A DNA stretch of 64,000 bases from the human T2T-CHM13v2.0 reference genome, Homo sapiens. Of the stretch, positions 1-13,177 are shown one piece after another. The notes beneath the pieces are model-generated. The model was not told the origin of the DNA. It ran no database searches and saw only the letters and a list, made by a program, of their open reading frames with translations. Location: NCBI RefSeq assembly GCF_009914755.1, contig NC_060929.1; one strand, written 5' to 3'. Both the position numbers and the translations under genes were made by a program. The number at the start of each line of letters is the position of its first letter. Within the stretch, counting starts at the first letter, position 1.

Positions 1-136
1 AGCATTAGGAGCTGATGGTCTTCACATTTTGCTACCTTTTAATTGATATTTTTCCACTTCACACACTGGCATTCTAGGGCACCAAATCATGATTATTTTC
101 CTGAATATAAAGTAACAATATTCATATACTCTGTCT

Positions 137-474
137 CTTTTGTTTTTTTTTTGTTTTTTTCGTTTTTTTTTTTTTTTTTTTTTTTTTTTGAAGCAGGGTC
201 TTGCTCTGTCGCCCAGGCTGAAGTGCAGTGATGCAGTCATGGCTCACTGCAGCCTCAACTTCTTGGGCTCCAGCAATCCTCCCACCTCAGCTCCCCAAAT
301 AGCTGGAACCACAGGTGTGCACCACCAGATTCAGCTAATTTCTTACTTATTTTTTGTAGAGATGGGGTCTTCCTATGTTGCCCAGACTGGTCTCGAACTC
401 CTGGACTCGAGCAATCCTCCCGCCTCAGCCTCCCGAGGTGCTGTGATTACAGGCGTGAGCCACCATGCCTGGCC
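137..474 (-). mobile_element. Alu SINE (AluJ-like)
   Basis: Poly-T tail at 137-189, then reverse-complement Alu body ending ...caccatgcctggcc. Confidence 0.95.
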
Positions 475-1756
475 CGTATTCTCTCTTTTTTTCATTGTGA
501 TTGAGTTTATAAGGTATTCATTGAAAAGGAAAATATATTTCATTTCATAAGTCATTACTCATGCCAAGATCTGGTCCCTGGTTTTGAAGACATCAAGCAG
601 CAGTTAACAACGGGGAGAAACTCACCAGCCTGCACCCTCCTGTGCTTGCTCTGTCCCATCAACAGACACACACCACCCTGCAGAAACCAGACAGCTGTGG
701 AAAGGAAAGTGGAGGGCTCCAGTTTCCCTGAGGGATCATTTTGGGGGCTATCTTTGCTGTTATCACAGCTGTGTTAGTTTTCATTAAAAAGAGAAAGTAA
801 AAAGTAGAGTTAGGTTTACCAGCAAACATAAAAATTCTCCTTTAACCCTGCATTTAGGTCCTCTTTGCTTTTCTCTTGTGCTAAGATATCATGAAAATGG
901 TAACTTCAAAATCATGTTGTCTTCCTATAGAAAGATTTAATGAGAAAAGTGAATCAAATGTCATTTAATGTAAAATAAAATCCTGATAATAGGAATTGTT
1001 TGTTGACTCAAGAGACATCTTCTAAAAGCAACGAAGAATCACCCCAGCCCAGGGCCTCTAACATCACCCCATCAGAAGCACATTAATTAACTACCATCAT
1101 AGAGGGATCTCCCAACTTGGGATAGCTTGACGTTTATCACAAATAAAAATCCGTGAAAATAAGCAAGACATATCCATAAACACTGATGGTTAGCACTCAC
1201 GCCCACACTAAGGAGTCTGGAACTAAAATGAGATGCATTGATTTGAAAGGCAGAAAACTCCTGATTACAAGAATGTGATCAGAGAGAGCAAATCCATTTT
1301 TTTAAAGCACGCAGCAATTTCTGCAAAGAAAGTTCTGTCTCTGAAAAGCTTAAAAATAGGCTCAGGGAGACATCAAAGGAAGATGTTTCTAGCCAGAGAA
1401 AGAATGATTTGATCACCCCAGAAAGAGAGCACTTGGTGGCAGATCAGAGTTCAAGGGGAAGCTCAGGGGCTGTGTTTTTGATGACTCCCAACCTCCACCA
1501 ATATCACCGCAAATTCAGAGGGCAGGGATCAATATGTCTTACCCATGACTGTATTTCTGGGTTTTCCAACTGCTCATTAAACGAAAACCAGCCCATTTAT
1601 AATCCCATCCAGGACCTAATTATGTCTTTAAATGTCAAACTACCAACAATTACAAATTGTATTAGAGTTACTCCACTATCAAGAAAACAATATTTACATT
1701 GCCAAGGAGGACAAAAATAACCCGTTTATTTACCCATTGCTGTTTTCTTCAGGGTT

Positions 1757-1885
1757 TTTTAAAGAGACGGGGTCTCACTCTGTTGCCCAGGTTGGAGTGC
1801 AGTGGTGCAATCATAGCTCACTGCAGCCTGGAATTCCTGGGATCAAGTGATCCTTCCACCCCAGTCTCCCAAGTAGCTGAGACTA
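1757..1885 (-). mobile_element. Partial Alu (right arm/FRAM-like)
   Basis: gagacggggtctcactctgttgcccagg...agctgagacta, truncated. Confidence 0.85.
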
Positions 1886-2660
1886 TCTGTGTGTTCAGTA
1901 TTTGACCTTTCTTAAACACTGTAACATAACTTGTGATAAACGTCATTGCTACTTAATGCGTTGTCACAAGACAAATCTCTGACACTGTTGTTTCCTTCAA
2001 GAGCAAAATTGCTATTAATAAAATATTATTTTAGAGACCAAACATAAACTTCATTTCTCATACACATAAAGAATAAGTTCATCTTATTGCTAAGAAGACT
2101 AAATTATAGAAACTCTGTACGGATCAAATGTCCCTTCAGAGTTTTCTTGAGGATGGGTTTCAACACTTCTCACTAAAACCAACATCACAACTTCTTGACG
2201 GAGCAGAGGTGAAATGACACCCAATTAAAGTGAATGTGTATATATATATATACATTTCTATCATAAATACATTTGACAATAGCTTTAGAATGTAATACCT
2301 TGTTCCTGCTTCCAAAAGAATTGTCAGCTTCCTGATTTTCCATCTATCATGAACTCTTCTACTAGAAACAGTTAACATTGGGCCTTATATTCAAATGTAG
2401 CCCCTGGGTGGGTTCAAACATTCAAATGAAATGGCACAATTAACTACATAAATCAACAGTCATTGATTGAAGTAAATTCCAAGTTGGGGACATAAAGGAC
2501 CTTGCTATGAAAACATAAAGAACAAGATAAGGCAAGAATTTTGAAAATATAGCCCTTACTTGGTGATTCAGCATTTGCAATGGAATTAATCTGAACAATT
2601 ACTTTCTTTTGATTGTTTTAACTTTCAAATATTATATCATTCAAAATGTGGGATGCTTCC

Positions 2661-2970
2661 TGTTTTGTTTTATTTTTGGTTTTGTTTTGAGATGGGGTCT
2701 TGCTCTGTCACCCAGGCTAGAGTGCAATGGCGCGATCTCGGCTTGATGCAACCTCTGCCTCCCAGGTTCAAGTGATTCTCCTGCCTCAGCCTCCCAAGCA
2801 GCTAGGATTACAGGCGCCTGCCACCACGTCCAGCTAATTTTTGTATTTTTGGTAGAGACGAGGTTTCACCATGTTGGTCAGGCTGGTCTTGAACTCCTGA
2901 CCTCATGTGATCCACCCACCTCGGCCTCCCAAAGTGCTGGGATTACAGGTATGAGCTGCCACGCCCGGCC
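2661..2970 (-). mobile_element. Alu SINE (AluS-like)
   Basis: Full dimer flanked by ttcctgtttt on both sides (TSD). Confidence 0.95.
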
Positions 2971-3976
2971 AGTTCCTGTTTTAATAGAAACAAAAGACAG
3001 TAAAGACCCTAAAGGTCAAACCTGGTGGTAAAATATTTTTTCTACATGGTAAGAAAAGTAAGTCCATATTTTAGGTGTGATTTAAGAGGAAATGTTACAT
3101 ATTTTAAGAAAATACTTTAGTGTACTCATTCATCTCACCAAAGGCAATCAAAACATATTTATTAAGCTTCCCTGATATACCCTGCACGATGTTATTCAAC
3201 TATAAAACACTTCCTTCCCAGAAAGAGCTTATAATCCATTAAAGGAGATAAAACTAACTAAGTGAAATAATAAAGTACTAAATTATAAGACCTTATGAAG
3301 GTTGCAGGAATCCAGGCTGCTATACCAAGCTCATGAGTCGACACGTGGAAAATATACCCTTTTATATGCAATAAGGTTTACAGGATAAGGAAAGAACTTT
3401 TCATAAAACTCAGTTTTGAAGTTGGTCTAAATCACTTTAGTGAAGGAGGAGCAATTGCATGTCTAAAAATTAGAAGGAAAAATGTAAAAGCTTAAATAAA
3501 GTCTGCAAGCTCTTCCTTTTGTAATAGAAGAAAATAAAGGAAAACATGTTCCTGAGAGAGGTGTTCCGAAAGTGAGCGAGAGCAGGCCAGGGAAAGTCAT
3601 TTCTCTCTGCTTCTCCACTTTCTTCCTCCCCCTTTCCCAAAGTAGAGGGTTAACACTCGAATCTGTTCCAACAGAAAATTCCAGAAGGAAGGCAGTGTTT
3701 CCCCGTTGCCCATTAAACTGCCCCAGCGTTGATCTCGCTGCTACTTTTTGAGTGAGGCCTGTTCTGCCTTCCACATTGGGACATCTCTGACTCTTTCTCT
3801 TTTAACCTCCCTGGCTGCTTTCTATCTCCCTTCTTTCTGACCCTGAAGCCTAAAGGAAAATCATCTCAGCCAGTTCTCACACGTTCACTCTCACTCATCA
3901 CCAATTTTCTTGCCATTCTGTGCTTCATTTTGAAACAACTTAGGACCACACAATCAACGCGAAGTCAAAGGCAGAC

Positions 3977-4372
3977 TGATATGGTTTGGCTCTCTGTCCC
4001 CACCCAAATCTCATGTGGAACTGTAATCCCCACGTATTGAAGGTGGAGGCTGGTGGGAGGTGACTGGCTCATGGGATAATTTCTAATGGTTTAGCACCGT
4101 CCCCCAACTGCTGTCTCGCGATTGAGGTCTCACAAGAACTGGTTGTTTAAAAGTGTGTGGCACTTCCCCCCTCACTCTCTCTCTCTCCTGCCACCACGGT
4201 GAGATGTGCTTGCTTCCTCTTTGCCTTCTGCCATGATTGTAAGTTTCCTGAGGCCTCCCCAACCGTGCTTCCTGTTAAGCCTGTGGAAACATGAATCAAT
4301 TAAACCTCTTTTCTTCATGAATTACCCAGTCTCAGGTATGTCTTTATAGCAATGTGAAAACAGACTAATACA
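3977..4372 (+). mobile_element. MaLR solo LTR (MSTA/MSTB-like)
   Basis: Starts tgatatggtttggctctctgtccccacccaaatctc, has attaaa poly(A) signal, ends cagactaataca. Confidence 0.9.
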
Positions 4373-6779
4373 CCAAGAGAACTCAGCATCCTCAGTGGGT
4401 TTCACTGCCAAACAAAGAATGGAAGAAAACAGGGTGTGTCCAGCTTATTACATAATAATAACAAATGTAAAGAAACAAAAATTGGAGGGGTTAATTCACT
4501 GAGTGATGTAGAGCAGTAAGAGAAAATCTATTGCTTTTTTAATCCAGGAAATACACAAAGTTGAAAACAGCAGTCTCCTAGGAGAAAATGTGAGGCAAAT
4601 ATGACTAAAAGAACTAAGGCTGAAGGCAATTTTTCTCCAAACTGTTATCCTCATTTGGGAATTACTTTTTTCTCTTTAAGAAAAAAAAGAAAATTAATAA
4701 AATGGAAAACATTTTAAATCACAAAAGTTTGTCCTACGGAAGGTTTTCAAAATAGTAAACAATCTAATTAGAGTTTATATTTCCCTAATTAGTTCTATTT
4801 AACTCTGGTAGAGATTAAACCTTTTTAAAATCAGTTCAAAACTCTTATTTCAATATTAAATTTTACTCTAATATACAGGAGAAAAGCAAGACATGAGGGG
4901 AGGGACAGTCCTTGCCAAGAGCGTGCAACAATGAAGAAAAACAGAACAAGAATCTCCTACCTTCCCTGCAAACCACCACCGCTGTCCACGCTCACCAGTG
5001 GGGTGGTACATGCTCTTCCCTAAATGCACTTTCATAGGGTCTGACACACACTTCATTCCATCTCTGCTGGTCACTGTCCCATTCACGTGTCAAGAATCTG
5101 TTCCCATGGCCCTTCCTCTATAGCATTCTTCCCGAATCTTATGATTCCCTTCTCTGAAATTCTACAGCTCATTCCTTGAATCTAATCATTTTCATACTAA
5201 ATAATAATTACATTTTAGAAATAAACTTTATGCTGGGATATTTTTTAAAATAAAGACTATGAATACTGTGACTAGCACAATATCTGCCATATAACAGGTG
5301 CTCATTAAATATATGTTGAATGGTAATTTTTAAACATCATCTATACTGTGTATAGTCATCAACCAAAACTATTTTCTCTCATTAAGTAATACCTCTATTC
5401 TGTTTTTATCCCCTTGAAGGTGTCCTTTTTCATGCCATTGTTGTTCTCATTTTTGTTATTGTCTTTTATCTTTGTTAACTTGTTGCTATAGATAGTGAGT
5501 TATTTGAGGATATGCAGTAAAAGAACTCATAAGTAAGTGTAAAAGGCAAATCCCAGCCCCTCCTTTGAGTGTCACTCTGCCCATGCGTGCCCCTAGTTAG
5601 ACAGAAGAGAGAAACTGCTTATCCTGCACTTCTACGTTCCTCTATTAGCAGAGACCGAAGTGTGAGGTTTACAGCATGATTCAACTGCCACATTTTTTCC
5701 TGCATAGCAGGTGCTCTTTTTTATTATCATTTTATTGAGTGATTATCAAATGGGATAGAATTGCACACTGAAATTTCATGAACTGAATTATTCATAAAAG
5801 TGAATTTCAGTATACTGAGCATCAACTTACCATGGCTCAGCTAAGGTTCACAAATATTTTCCTTACAGAGAATTGTTGTTGCAATTTTATTTGTAGTGCA
5901 GGGATGTCAAATTGGCAAAGTTCTACTATTAGTAATGGATCTACAGTCCATGAAAACAACACTGTACCTCAATCAACAGACAGGTTTATCTAGCTTTTTT
6001 CTTTTTAAGAAGAAATCCTCAGATTCTGGTTACAAGATTTACAGCATTTCAATCTCATGCCCTATAAAATCTTATGTTCAGAGGTTAATAAAATGAGATT
6101 AATCCAGAGATACTGCATGTTGAATTCTTTTCTCCCTTCAAGCACAATATGCTAAACAAAGCACAATCTACACTACAGAAGGAGAGACTCTGGAAACAGC
6201 TGACTACTAGTGGAGGTTAGCTGCCATCCAGTGGCTGAAAGTATAACTCACCCATTAACCATTAACTTGAAGAGCTAAGGAAATACAAAACAGACCCATG
6301 TCTCATGAGTACATCAAAGGTTATCAATTATTTACACTTATTGTCTCATATTTACAAAGAAGACAGAACAGTGGGAAAGTTACTGAATGCTTTAATGAAA
6401 GAGAAGCCAGTCTTCTCTTTTTCAATTCTAACCCACAAGAAACTTGTCTTTATGTTCTGATGATTTCCCTTTCAAAAATTTCCAATTTAGACATTTTCTC
6501 TATCTATATCATATGGCCCAAGTTAAATAATAAAATAATTATAAATAATAAAATATATCTTACTGTGTGGAAGATGGTACATTGAAGAGGCAAAAACTTC
6601 TATCTCAATCTTTAAAGAGGAAAATATGTAAATATATCCATATAGTAATCCCAATATTGATAGTTACATAGTGAACTCTTTGAGTTGATTTTGATCATTT
6701 CCTCTCATTTAAAATGTAACATCATCTTTTCTTTAAGATCATTAACTGCTTTTAAGTAATTCCAATACCTGTATTTTTA

Positions 6780-7900
6780 AATATACTTTATTATTATGAA
6801 AATAATAAAAATTGATTGGAAAATAGAAAAAATCACCATAATATGAACACTATTAACATATATTCTTCTACTCCATGAGCAATAAATATTCTAGCTCCCG
6901 TTTTCTTAAAAATAAAATACACACATGTATATGTATATATGTATATATACCTTTATTTTTAGTTTAAAATGTATCATGTACACGTTCTCATATTATTGAA
7001 TATTCTTCAAAATATGATCTAACGATTGCATAGCATATCAATTACATAGGCCTTGATTTATTTAGCCAATTTTTTTTTTACTTTTAGATTGGTTCCAATT
7101 TTTCACTATTATAAATAACAGTATAATGGATATCCCTGCATACAAATCCTTGGTATAAATCTCTATTTATTAATTTCAATAAATTATTATAAAATTCATC
7201 TCTCCAAAATTATACTCTTTGATTTCCATGAGAAATTTAATGTAATTTTGTTCATCTTTACAAATATGGTAGATGAGAAATGGTAAGTTGCTGTTATCTT
7301 CTTGCAAGTTTAATTTGCAAATCTTTGACAAGTGAAGCTGAACATGTTAAAATTATTTACTGGGTATTTGTGTTTTGTTTTGTTTTTATTTTTGTAAATT
7401 GCCTGTTCATGTCCCTTCCTATTTTTCTTCTGATAATTTTCTTTCCATTGATTTTATTTTTAAGACTGGATAAAGATAACAGCACACATCCAGAAAAAGG
7501 AATAGGTGCCTCAATATTACTCTTACATAGAGTAGAATTAAAGACAAAGGCATTAAAGATTTGGACCAAGACAGCCATTTTATTTTCGTAAAAAGTAAAA
7601 TTAACTATGAATATATAGTAGCTATGTGCCAAAAACCAGTACTAAAATAAAATAAGCAAAATCTGTTAGAACTACAGGTAACATTAACAAAAACGATAGT
7701 TAAAGGATGTTCTAATAGAATGTTTTAACAGGAATATACTAAACCTTAAAATCTCCCCCAAATTATTATCTTACAGTGCCATAGATAGTTAACAAAATTA
7801 ATCATTAGAACACACAAAACCTTAATGCATTTTAAAGAGAAGTCACACAAATCACAAGCTCCTATAATGTTATGTCAGAAATTAATCATGAAGGAATTTT
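6780..7900. mobile_element. Old degenerate L1M fragments (minus-strand 3' part ~6800-7440; plus-strand endonuclease-region part ~7450-7900)
   Basis: AT-rich with L1M-like tracts (ttggttccaatttttcactattataaataac; gtaaattgcctgttcatgtcc; agagtagaattaaagacaaaggcatt). Confidence 0.6.
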
Positions 7901-7915
7901 ATGTTTCTCAACAGC

Positions 7916-8208
7916 CTTTTTGTTGTTGTTGTTGTTGTTGAGATGGAGTCTCCATCTGTCACCCAGGCTGGAGTGCAGTGGTGCGATCTTGGCTCACTGC
8001 AACCTCTGCCTCTCAGGTTCAAGCAATTCTCCTGCCTCAGCTAGAATTACAGGCATGTGCCACCACGCCCAGCTAATGTTTGTATTTTTATTAGAGACGG
8101 GGTTTCACCATGTTGGTCAGGCTGGTCTCAAACTCCTAACCTCCAGTGGTCAGCCCGCCTCAGCCTCCCAAAATGCTGGGATTATAGGCATGAGCCTCTG
8201 TGCCTGGT
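7916..8208 (-). mobile_element. Alu SINE (AluS-like)
   Basis: (TTG)n tail, then reverse Alu body; degenerate TSD ttctcaa..g(c)ctttt. Confidence 0.95.
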
Positions 8209-8649
8209 TCTCAATGGCTTTTAATTTTAGAAAGAGTTGAGTCCTCGCAGAACTCCAAACTGCAGATACAGGCCATTTTGAATATAATGAATCCCACTGA
8301 AGACTCAAGAAGACTGATAGAGAGGGAAGAGGCAGACAAGTGTGGATTCTCTCTGTCTTCGAGAATGCCAGGTGGTGAAGGTTGGGGAGAGGTGCCCCTC
8401 ATCAGGCCAACTTGGCCAAACCAGCCCCAAGTCAGAACCAGGCTTCACATCTTCATGCCATGAGTGCAGGTCCCTTTTCGGACCAGCCCAGCGCCCAGGA
8501 CAGTGGGGTCCTTGAGAAAAGGATTGGGGCCACCAAGGCAGAGAAAAGGTGGGACCTGGAGGTGGTTTTACCCCCGTGGGTCTCCCTCTTCATTCCTTAC
8601 CCCAAGTCCTCTCCCTGGAATTCTGTGTGAGTTCTATCAAGATTCCTCA

Positions 8650-8940
8650 GCTGGGTGTGGTGGCTCACACCTGTAATCCCAGCACTTTGGAAGGCTGAGG
8701 CAGGCAGATCACCTGAGGTCAGGAATTTGAGACCAGCCTGACCAACATGGTGAAACCCCGTCTCTACTAAAAATACAAAATTAGCCAGGCGTGGTGACAC
8801 ATGCCTGTGATCCCAGCCACTCGGGAGGCTGAGGCAGGAGATTCTCTTGAACCCGGGAGGGTGGAGGTTGCAGTGAGCCGAGATTGCGCCATTGCACTCC
8901 AGCCTGGGCAACAAGAGCTAAACTCCATCTCAAAAAAAAA
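8650..8940 (+). mobile_element. Alu SINE (AluSp/Sq-like)
   Basis: Full dimer; TSD aagattcctca at 8639 and 8939; ggcaacaagagc motif. Confidence 0.95.
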
Positions 8941-9375
8941 GATTCCTCATGACTGAGTCCAGGAAAAACACCCCCAGAACTGGACTCACTCCCAGCTACA
9001 GTCAAAATGCAAAGACAAGAATAGAAAAGGAGTGTTCTGCTTCCCTACGGCATGAGGGGAACGCTTTTATCTTCAAAAAAAAAAAAAAATCCAAATCTTT
9101 AGTTTTTGATTTAGCATGCTGCAAAAGTTCTTTCAATCCCAGGAGATTTAAAAAAAATTGTTGAGTTAGGTTACTCTGGTGGAGCAAATGCAAGAAGCAA
9201 GGTGAGGAGAAACGAGGTGGACCGTACTGTGTTACAGTGAATGTGAGGAGGTGCACAGATGAGTGAACCCCAACACTGGAGGGGTGAACACTAGGCACTG
9301 ATGGGCTCACATCGTCATCATCTTGCTGGGGTATGATTGAAACTAATATCCCTTTTTCAGAATTCCTAACTCTCT

Positions 9376-9589
9376 GGGTTGGCAAACTATGGCTCATGTG
9401 CAAAAACTGGCCCATTGTCTATTTTTGTAAGCAAAATGTGATTGGAACACAGACGTATTTATTCATTTCTGTATTGCCCATGGCTGCGTTCATGCTACAA
9501 TGGCAGACTTGAGCAGTTACAACTGAGAGCTGCAAAGTCTGTAATATTTATTTATCTGGTCCTGTACAGAAAAATTCGCTGGCCTCTGG
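9376..9589. mobile_element. hAT-Charlie MITE (MER58A-like)
   Basis: ggttggcaaactatggc...attggaacacag...tctggtcctgtacagaaaaattcgctggcctctg resembles MER58A. Confidence 0.75.
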
Positions 9590-10325
9590 TCTAAACCAAC
9601 ATCACACACAACTTGGCTGTGCCTCTCTTCTTACGTCAGCATAGGGGAACCCCTGGCCAAGGCACAGCCCGGCTCCATGCTCACCTCCCTGGGAGTCCCT
9701 CAGTATCCCTCCTCCCACACCCACCCTCTCCCCGTGGCTACTCCACACGCACCATGCCTCACTTACTCATCACAACCAGCCTCATGCTCAGCACATAGGT
9801 GCCCACGTGTGCCCACTTCCATGGGGTCATCTTTTTGATATCGAGTATTGTGAGATGGGATTGGGCTTAGTTCCACAAGAAGAGAGAAGAACTGGAAAAG
9901 GCTGCAATAGCTTCCTATCATTCCCCCTACCTTCTTCAGTATCCTGAAAGCCTCTGAAATCTCCACTCTTTCCCCAACCTCCAAGGGAGGAAAGAAATTG
10001 GAATGAGTTTCCCCAGGCCCAGTTCTGCTGTGGGCAGATTTCTTTGAGTCAGGAAAGGCAGGTAAGGAAGAAGCTTCTTTGCTGAATAAGTTTTTCTATA
10101 CCTCCCTCCCTTGACCACTTTCCAGTTCTTTTCTGTATATATTTAATAATATAAAAATCATCTTTTTAAAATAAAAGAGAGTATTACTATACCCATTTTC
10201 CAGATGAGGAAACTGAGAGTGAGAAAGGCAAAGTACGTTTCCAGTATGTGTAATTTTTAACAAAAGTGAGTGTTCCTATTCCCATTTTCCAAATGAGGAA
10301 ACTCAGAGATGGAAAGGTAAAGCGA

Positions 10326-10638
10326 GCCGGGCATGGTGGCTCACGCCTGTAATCCCAGCACTTTAGGAGGCTGAGGCGGGCAGATCGGCCTGAGGTTAGG
10401 AGTTCAAGACCAGCCTGGCCAACATGGTGAAACCCCATCTCTATTAAAAATACAAAAATCAGCTGGGTGTGGTGGCGGGCACCTGTAATCCCAGCTACTC
10501 AGGAAGCTGAGGCGGGAGAATCACTTGAACCCGGGAGGCAGAGGTTGCAGTGAGCCAAGATCACATCACTGCGCTCCAGCCCGGGTGACAGAGCAAGACT
10601 CCTTCTGAAAAAAAGAAAAAGAAAAAGAAAGAAAGAAA
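10326..10638 (+). mobile_element. Alu SINE (AluSx-like) within/next to MIR core fragments (~10180-10320)
   Basis: Full Alu dimer with A/GAAA tail; upstream cccattttccagatgaggaaactgag MIR core occurs twice. Confidence 0.9.
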
Positions 10639-10944
10639 GGTATGGTAAAGTGACTCGTCCAAAGCCCACGGACAAAATGATCCCATCTTCACTACACAGC
10701 ATTATGAGCCCCTTGGTGAGATGCCTCCCCCATTCCTCCTACTAATCCTTGATGCTCAACTCCCTCCCAACCTGACCCAAAGCTTCCTCCTTCGAGAAGG
10801 CTGCCTTGATTGATACTCTCTCCTGATCTGGGTACTCCTCTACATAGAACTCAATCACTAACGCTTTTATTATTTGTTTATATTATTTTAATTGTGTCTG
10901 TGCTTTGCTTTCAATGCAAAGCAGGTGCCAGTACATACATATAC

Positions 10945-11181
10945 TTTTTGAGGTTTTCTTTATTATCAATAGCTTTATTGAAGTATACTTGATATACCAA
11001 AAAACTGTACATATTTAACATATACAATTTCATGAGTTTGGATATATGCATATACCCATGAAACCATCACCACAATCAAGGTAAAAATATATCCCTCACC
11101 TTCAAAAGCTTCCTTATGCTGCTTTGTGGTTTTTGGTTTTGTTATTATGTTTTTTGTGTGTGGGAAGAACCCTGAACATGA
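10945..11181 (-). mobile_element. L1MA9/10-like 3' end fragment
   Basis: agctttattgaagtata...catgaaaccatcaccacaatcaaggt...gaagaaccctgaacatga is typical of old L1M 3' UTRs. Confidence 0.75.
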
Positions 11182-11351
11182 TTGATAAGCACCTGACTTA
11201 TTGTATGTAAATTGAATTTTTTAACCAAATAATATTTTTATTTATATGACATAACGCAAGTTTTTCACAGGAAAGCAATATGACTCTAAGGAATCATGAA
11301 AATCATGTTTTGATACCTTAGAAAACAATAAGTTTCTCATAAAACATTCAA
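11176..11351 (+). repeat. Dispersed direct duplication, copy 1 (partner 14264-14441)
   Basis: acatgattgataagcacctga...ctcataaaacattcaa occurs twice; about 18 differences over ~178 nt by manual alignment. Confidence 0.95.
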
Positions 11352-11446
11352 TATGCTGCAATTTTAGCATTATAGTACACATCTTTGTTTTCTAAAGGTT
11401 CTTTTGGATTGCCAGGAACCAAAAAAAACAGTCTCATAAAACCCAG

Positions 11447-11816
11447 ATGTTAAAGAGAAACTGAACCAGACACTTCCTAAAAATTGTAAGACATTTTATT
11501 CAAGCTACTGCAGTTAGAGAAGACAGACTTCAGTACTGAGCTTAACTGCAAATACAGCAAAAGCAGCTGGAGATTTTTAGCCAATGGGCAGGCATCAGTA
11601 GATGGAAAATTACTAAGAGGAATTTGATGAGATATCAAGTGTGGTGGGAAAGAAGAACTTGATTAGATATAAAGGGGATGGAACGGGTTCTCCCTAAACT
11701 GGCTTAGCAAGATTCCTACTAAAACTGGGCTTGGCAGGCCAAGGACAGGGCCAAGAACCCAGCTAGTCAAAAAGAGGGCCCTGACAAAATTTGGTCAGGG
11801 AAGGGAGTCCTTGTCA
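11447..11816 (-). mobile_element. ERV1 solo LTR (MER31-like)
   Basis: tg...ca termini; reverse strand begins tgacaaggactcccttccctgaccaaattttgtcagg, similar to MER31. Confidence 0.7.
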
Positions 11817-12255
11817 CAGGTAATGAGAGTTTAAGACACACAAGCAAAGACAAACTGTCCCGGCAGCTGCTCGGCCAGCCTCACAGGTAAGTGCCACGTC
11901 CATGACACCCCACAGCAGCGGTGCATCCACCACAGTGGCCGCGTCCCAAGAGCAGGGAGCATCTCCCTGCCCAAGTGCTCCGCCATTTTGAGAACCAGCC
12001 ACCTTCTCCCTCTCCCTGTGTTTATACTGTTCCTATCACTGCTTGGATCCGCTAGAGCTCCTGCTTGATGTGAGACAAAGTAACAATCATAAAAAGCCAT
12101 ATTTGCTCATTTCTTCTTGCCAGAATAATTTCACAAAGCCCCTGACTCTGAGATGACATACAACTCTCTAAAAACAAAAAGACAAACAAAACAGAGCATA
12201 TGGTCCTCCATGCCTCTTGCCTAAATCATTACATTCCTTAAAAAATAAATGACCT

Positions 12256-12568
12256 GGTCGGAAGCGGTGGCTCACGCCTATAATCCCAGCACTTTGGGAG
12301 GCCGAGGCGGGTGGACCACCTGAAGTCAGGAGTTCGAGACCAGCCTGGCCAACGTGGCAAAACCCCATCTCTACTAAAAATACAAAAATTAGCTGGGTGT
12401 GGTGGCGTGCACCTGTAATCCCAGCTACTCGGGAGGCTGAGGCAGGAAGAATCGCTTGAACCCGGGAGGCAGAGGTTGCAGTGAGCCAAGATCACACCAT
12501 TGCACCCAGCCTGGGCAACAAAGCGAGACTCTATCTCAAAATAAATAAATAAATAAATAAATAAATAA
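12256..12568 (+). mobile_element. Alu SINE (AluS-like) inserted in LTR
   Basis: Full dimer, (AAAT)n tail, TSD aaataaat(g/a)acct. Confidence 0.95.
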
Positions 12569-12699
12569 CCTAGTCTTGTTTTTTCCTACACATAAGATAA
12601 TGTCTGACAGGATTAGTAATTATACTTCCATAATCTATAACCAGATATACTCTTATACCCGAACATTAATAAAATTGCTCTCCCCACTACCCCCCTCCT

Positions 12700-12925
12700 C
12701 CACAGTGGCACTATCATAGCTCACTACAGCCTGGAACTCCTGGACTCAAATGATCCTCCTGCCTCAGCCTCCTGAGTACATGGGACGACAGGCATGTGCC
12801 ACCACGCCCAGCTAATTTTTATGTTTTTTTGTAGAGACGTGATCTCTATCCTCCTATCCTCAAGTAATCCTGCCACCTCAGCCTCCCAAAGTGCTGGGAT
12901 CACAGGCATCCACCCCTGCACACAA
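12700..12925 (-). mobile_element. Truncated AluJ-like element
   Basis: cagtggcactatcatagctcactacagcc...gctgggatcacaggca; tail absent. Confidence 0.85.
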
Positions 12926-13159
12926 CCGCAAACTTCAATTCTGCTTCAACATACCTTCTAAACAAGTCTACAGTAATTTTACATGTACCGATCCCTGGCC
13001 ACCTCTACATAAGCAGTAGGCTAAAACACTGTCCACAGTAGTCTGATAGGACTGTTCCTCAGCTATAGGCCTTGGCCTACAGTCCTCAGTAAAACTGTAA
13101 ATAAAGCTAACTTTAATTCTTTAAACACTTGACTTTTTTTTTCCTTTAGTTGACAATCA

Positions 13160-13177
13160 TGGCACCCCAGATAGGAC
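13160..13177 (+). other. Retroviral primer-binding site complementary to the tRNA-Arg(CCT) 3' end
   Basis: TGGCACCCCAGATAGGAC lies 4 nt after the LTR end; 17/18 match to the reverse complement of ...GUCCCAUCUGGGGUGCCA as recalled. Confidence 0.75.

Noticed and set aside
8954-8988. Hairpin tgagtccag...ctggactca
   Set aside because: A 9-bp stem with a 17-nt loop is expected by chance in 64 kb.
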